A DNA stretch of 63,952 nucleotides, the filler included, from Octopus bimaculoides (lineage: Eukaryota), in NCBI RefSeq assembly GCF_001194135.2. It is 4 parts of 4 records of this genome, joined end to end, with 100 filler letters (N's around TTAATTAATTAA, not from the genome) between each part and the next. Parts side by side here need not be neighbours in the genome. Positions count along the whole stretch, not along the records: positions 40,477 to 62,759 come from NC_069000.1; positions 62,860 to 63,952 come from NC_068983.1; 2 more parts are not named here. The stretch is one strand, 5' to 3'. Of the stretch, positions 59,890-63,952 are shown piece after piece (the first letter of the stretch is position 1; every line of letters starts with the position of its first letter). Made by a program: the position numbers and the translations under genes. The notes under the pieces are model-generated. The model was not told where the DNA came from, did no database searches, and saw only the letters and a program-made list of their open reading frames with translations.

Positions 59890-62859
59890 NNNNNNNNNNN
59901 NNNNNNNNNNNNNNNNNNNNNNNNNNNNNNNNNNNNNNNNNNNNNNNNNNNNNNNNNNNNNNNNNNNNNNNNNNNNNNNNNNNNNNNNNNNNNNNNNNNN
60001 NNNNNNNNNNNNNNNNNNNNNNNNNNNNNNNNNNNNNNNNNNNNNNNNNNNNNNNNNNNNNNNNNNNNNNNNNNNNNNNNNNNNNNNNNNNNNNNNNNNN
60101 NNNNNNNNNNNNNNNNNNNNNNNNNNNNNNNNNNNNNNNNNNNNNNNNNNNNNNNNNNNNNNNNNNNNNNNNNNNNNNNNNNNNNNNNNNNNNNNNNNNN
60201 NNNNNNNNNNNNNNNNNNNNNNNNNNNNNNNNNNNNNNNNNNNNNNNNNNNNNNNNNNNNNNNNNNNNNNNNNNNNNNNNNNNNNNNNNNNNNNNNNNNN
60301 NNNNNNNNNNNNNNNNNNNNNNNNNNNNNNNNNNNNNNNNNNNNNNNNNNNNNNNNNNNNNNNNNNNNNNNNNNNNNNNNNNNNNNNNNNNNNNNNNNNN
60401 NNNNNNNNNNNNNNNNNNNNNNNNNNNNNNNNNNNNNNNNNNNNNNNNNNNNNNNNNNNNNNNNNNNNNNNNNNNNNNNNNNNNNNNNNNNNNNNNNNNN
60501 NNNNNNNNNNNNNNNNNNNNNNNNNNNNNNNNNNNNNNNNNNNNNNNNNNNNNNNNNNNNNNNNNNNNNNNNNNNNNNNNNNNNNNNNNNNNNNNNNNNN
60601 NNNNNNNNNNNNNNNNNNNNNNNNNNNNNNNNNNNNNNNNNNNNNNNNNNNNNNNNNNNNNNNNNNNNNNNNNNNNNNNATATATATATATATATACATC
60701 TTTAGTATATATATATGCATACATATGTATATTATTCTTTTACTTGTTTCAGTCATTTGACTGCGGCCATGCTGGAGCACCGCCTTTAGTCGGACAAATC
60801 GACCCCAGGACTTATTCTTTGTAAGACTAGTACTTCTATCGGTGTCTTTTGCCGAACCGCTTAGTTCCTGGGACGTAAACACACCAACATCGGTTATCAA
60901 GTGATGGTGGTGGGACAAACACACACATAAACATTTACACGACCATCACATCTTTTTAGCCTTTTGCCTGTCCAAGGCATTTGCATATGCCTGTCCTAAA
61001 TGTCCATGCTTGTTTTTAGACTTTTAATCAATCCTCGTTTCATACGTACAGTGATTAATTTAAAGCTTTTCCTTTCACAAGTTCCAAGTTAATCTGGAGG
61101 CTGAAAATAATCGATGTGGATATGTGATGCATAAACAGCAGGGAACCATGTCCTGCGTACCACATGTGTTACAGGCAAAGGATGAACATTCAAATGTTTG
61201 ATGGAATGTAAAATGTAGATATATATGTCATGCCATTACTCCCAAGGGGCAACAAGCAGTATTGAAGGCAGGCCAGGTTGGGGAAAATGTCTTATTGCGA
61301 GCCAAACGAAAATGTTAATAAATGTTATATAATATAGCAGGGTTATTATGCTTTTTTTTTTTTTTTTTTTTTTTTGGAGGTCTGCCAGATTGGAAACGGT
61401 TTTCTACGTCTTACGAACCAATGTGAACATAAAATATGAAACAATAATCATACAAAAATCAACTTGTTTTACGTAAAATTAACATATTTTTGTTGTATTT
61501 TCTTTATTCTTTCATTAAATATCGTATAATTGTAATGAAAGAATCGCTACACGTTCAATAAGAAAAATTGGTACATAGGCACAACCATTAGCTTTGTGGT
61601 TAAGACGCTCCCTTTTCAAACACGTGGTTTCGAGTTCAATCCCATTGCGTGTAACTGGGGCAAGAGTCTTCTACTGTAGCCTTGGTGTAAGGCGGTGAGC
61701 TGGCAGAATCGTTAGCACACCGGGCGAAATGCTTAGCCTGAGTTCGTCTGTCTTTACGTTCTGAGTTCGTTTGTCTCCTACGTTGGTTTGTTTACATCCC
61801 TGTGACTTAACTCTTCGGCGAAAGAAACACGATGAAATAAGTGCCGATCATAAAACTAAGTACTGGGGATCGATTCATTCGACTAAAAATGCCTCAAGGC
61901 GGTGCCCCAGCATGGCCGCAGTCCAGTGACTGGAACAAGTAAACGATAATGGATCCCCTCCTTTCTTAGAATCGATTATTCTTATAAACTGTGTATACTA
62001 TATGGAGACAGCATGAATCCCTGGACGACATGGGTGGGGTAAAGCGGATTTATGAACTGTGCGGCCCTGCCGCAGGGAGACGTGTCTGATATTTCTTACA
62101 GATGGTAGGGGATCATAGATGTTCCGCCTCTGATTCGAAACCCCTTGATAACCGCAAAAATCTAATGGTGGGGCGATCGAGGGAGGTAGGACGGAGAATA
62201 TGTACCCGTAACATCTAAGTAGACAGGACAAAGTTTAAAGAAAGTATCCCCATATCGCCCAAACTAGGTTGAACATGCTAACCCTAGGCCACGCAACTTT
62301 AGCAACATCCTTTTCTACTCTAGGTACAAGGCCCGAAATTCGTGGGGAGGTGGGGGCAGTCGATTAGATCGACCCCCAGTACGCAACTGGCACTTAATCT
62401 ATCGACCCTGAAAGGATGAAAGGCAAAGTCGACCTCGGCGGAATTTGAACCCAGAACGTAAAGAGTCGGAAGAAATACCACTAAGCATTTTGTCCGACGC
62501 TCTAACGATTCTAACAACCTTATGTAGTGATTCTTTCTAATTTTGGCACAAGGCCTGAAATTTTGAGGGACAGGGCGACGCCCGACATTTGAGTGGTGCT
62601 TTATTTCTTTGATACCGAAAGGATGAACGGCAAAGTTCACCTCAACAGGATATGAACCCAGAACACAAGAAGCTGGAACAAACACCGCAAAGCATTTTAT
62701 CCGATGCTCCACCGATTCTACTGATTCGCTGACGCTTTTAAATAGCTGCTGAATCTCCCNNNNNNNNNNNNNNNNNNNNNNNNNNNNNNNNNNNNNNNNN
62801 NNNTTAATTAATTAANNNNNNNNNNNNNNNNNNNNNNNNNNNNNNNNNNNNNNNNNNNN

Positions 62860-62932
<73 letters not shown>

Positions 62933-63426
62933 GTGGGGAGAGTCATATTGCTTTAATGTCTTATCTAACACACGCATCGATTCGATTTCCACTCGTTTAT
63001 CATTTATACTTTTTCTTCCAAAATTTTCGTTGCTTTTGCAATCATGTCAATGGATGTGGACACTGTCCGTTATTGGAGCTGCGTTCTTTTTTGTCTGTGT
63101 GTGCGTCAGCGTGGATGTGTGCTTGTGCATGCATATGTGTGTGTATGCATACATGTATTATGCGTGTGTGTACGTGGCGTTCGATCATATAATAATATAT
63201 ATAATATATAAATATATGCATACATATATGTACATTCCTACATATATATGTATATATACATGCATATAGGGGTACAGGACATTAAAAAAAAAACGTAGAC
63301 ACAATGAGAAACAAAAACATAGAAAACGAACTGTTTTTTCGAACAACGAAGGAAACAACAAACAGAGAAACAAGACATGCAACATAAAGAACATTCCCTT
63401 CATCACTTGCTCTCTCTCTATCTATA

Positions 63427-63845
63427 TACTAGCAGTTAAGCCCGGTTTCACCCGGTCGGTTTGGATAATGTGACTGTAAAACCTGTTCTGTGTAAGCATT
63501 CGATTTCTTTGGGCACGCTTACGTTAAAAAACAATTTTAGAATGATTTTTTCTGTCAAAACGCTAAAAATAACTAACCAACAACAAAAAAACGAAGTTTC
63601 AACCAAATCAATAAATAAACCCAAATACTAAGCGAACAAAGATGAACCATCCCACTTCCATTACGCGCGCGCGCGCACACATTCACACATATTCACAGAG
63701 TTGAAACGCTGTTTGATTTATTTTTTTAGCGTACAATTTTCATCATCCAACTACCAAGTATGACATCACCCCTTCCTTTCTTCCTTATTCATCTTTCGCC
63801 CCTTCCTTTCTCATTCAAAAACACAAGAGTATTATTATAGTAGAT
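63427..63845 (+). mobile_element. Probable non-autonomous Helitron-like element
   Basis: 5' TACTAGC...GCCCGG-tttca-CCCGG subterminal hairpin; 3' attattatagtagat. Confidence 0.45.
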
Positions 63846-63952
63846 TATCTCGGTAACCATGGGAGCTATGAAAAAAAATACCCAGCATCACCACCGGATC
63901 ATTCTACACATCTGTGTAATCTTTCGCGCAATTCCACCCAGCCGTGGCAAAA

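Noticed and set aside
7794-60924. Long ORF-track entries containing X runs or poly-YI/HT/CV/L/M stretches
   Set aside because: They are artefacts of N gaps and microsatellites, not proteins

Overview
Repeat-dense, AT-rich eukaryotic genomic DNA with many N gaps. The SINE types and dense microsatellites resemble an octopod cephalopod (inference). One multi-exon minus-strand gene occupies about 1.9-26.7 kb. I assembled 18 in-frame coding exons (2697 nt, about 899 aa; partial, with no signal-peptide exon or 3' end in the window). All are symmetric phase 1-1. Domain order: EGF-like, divergent discoidin/galactose-binding-like domain, EGF-like, F-type-lectin-like domain, then 12 consecutive exons of exactly 138 nt, each encoding an 8-Cys laminin-type EGF module (MEGF10/CED-1/SCARF-like). 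The rest is SINEs, MITEs, decayed LINEs (R4/Dong, RTE, Tx1, Penelope-like), a mariner remnant and microsatellites. The strongest lead is a tRNA-headed SINE-like element carrying an intact minimal Penelope-type hammerhead motif and inverted 5' ends (22.8-23.1 kb, decayed copy at 8.7-9.0 kb), plus further hammerhead-like repeat families. Exon coordinates were read base by base; most repeat boundaries are approximate.
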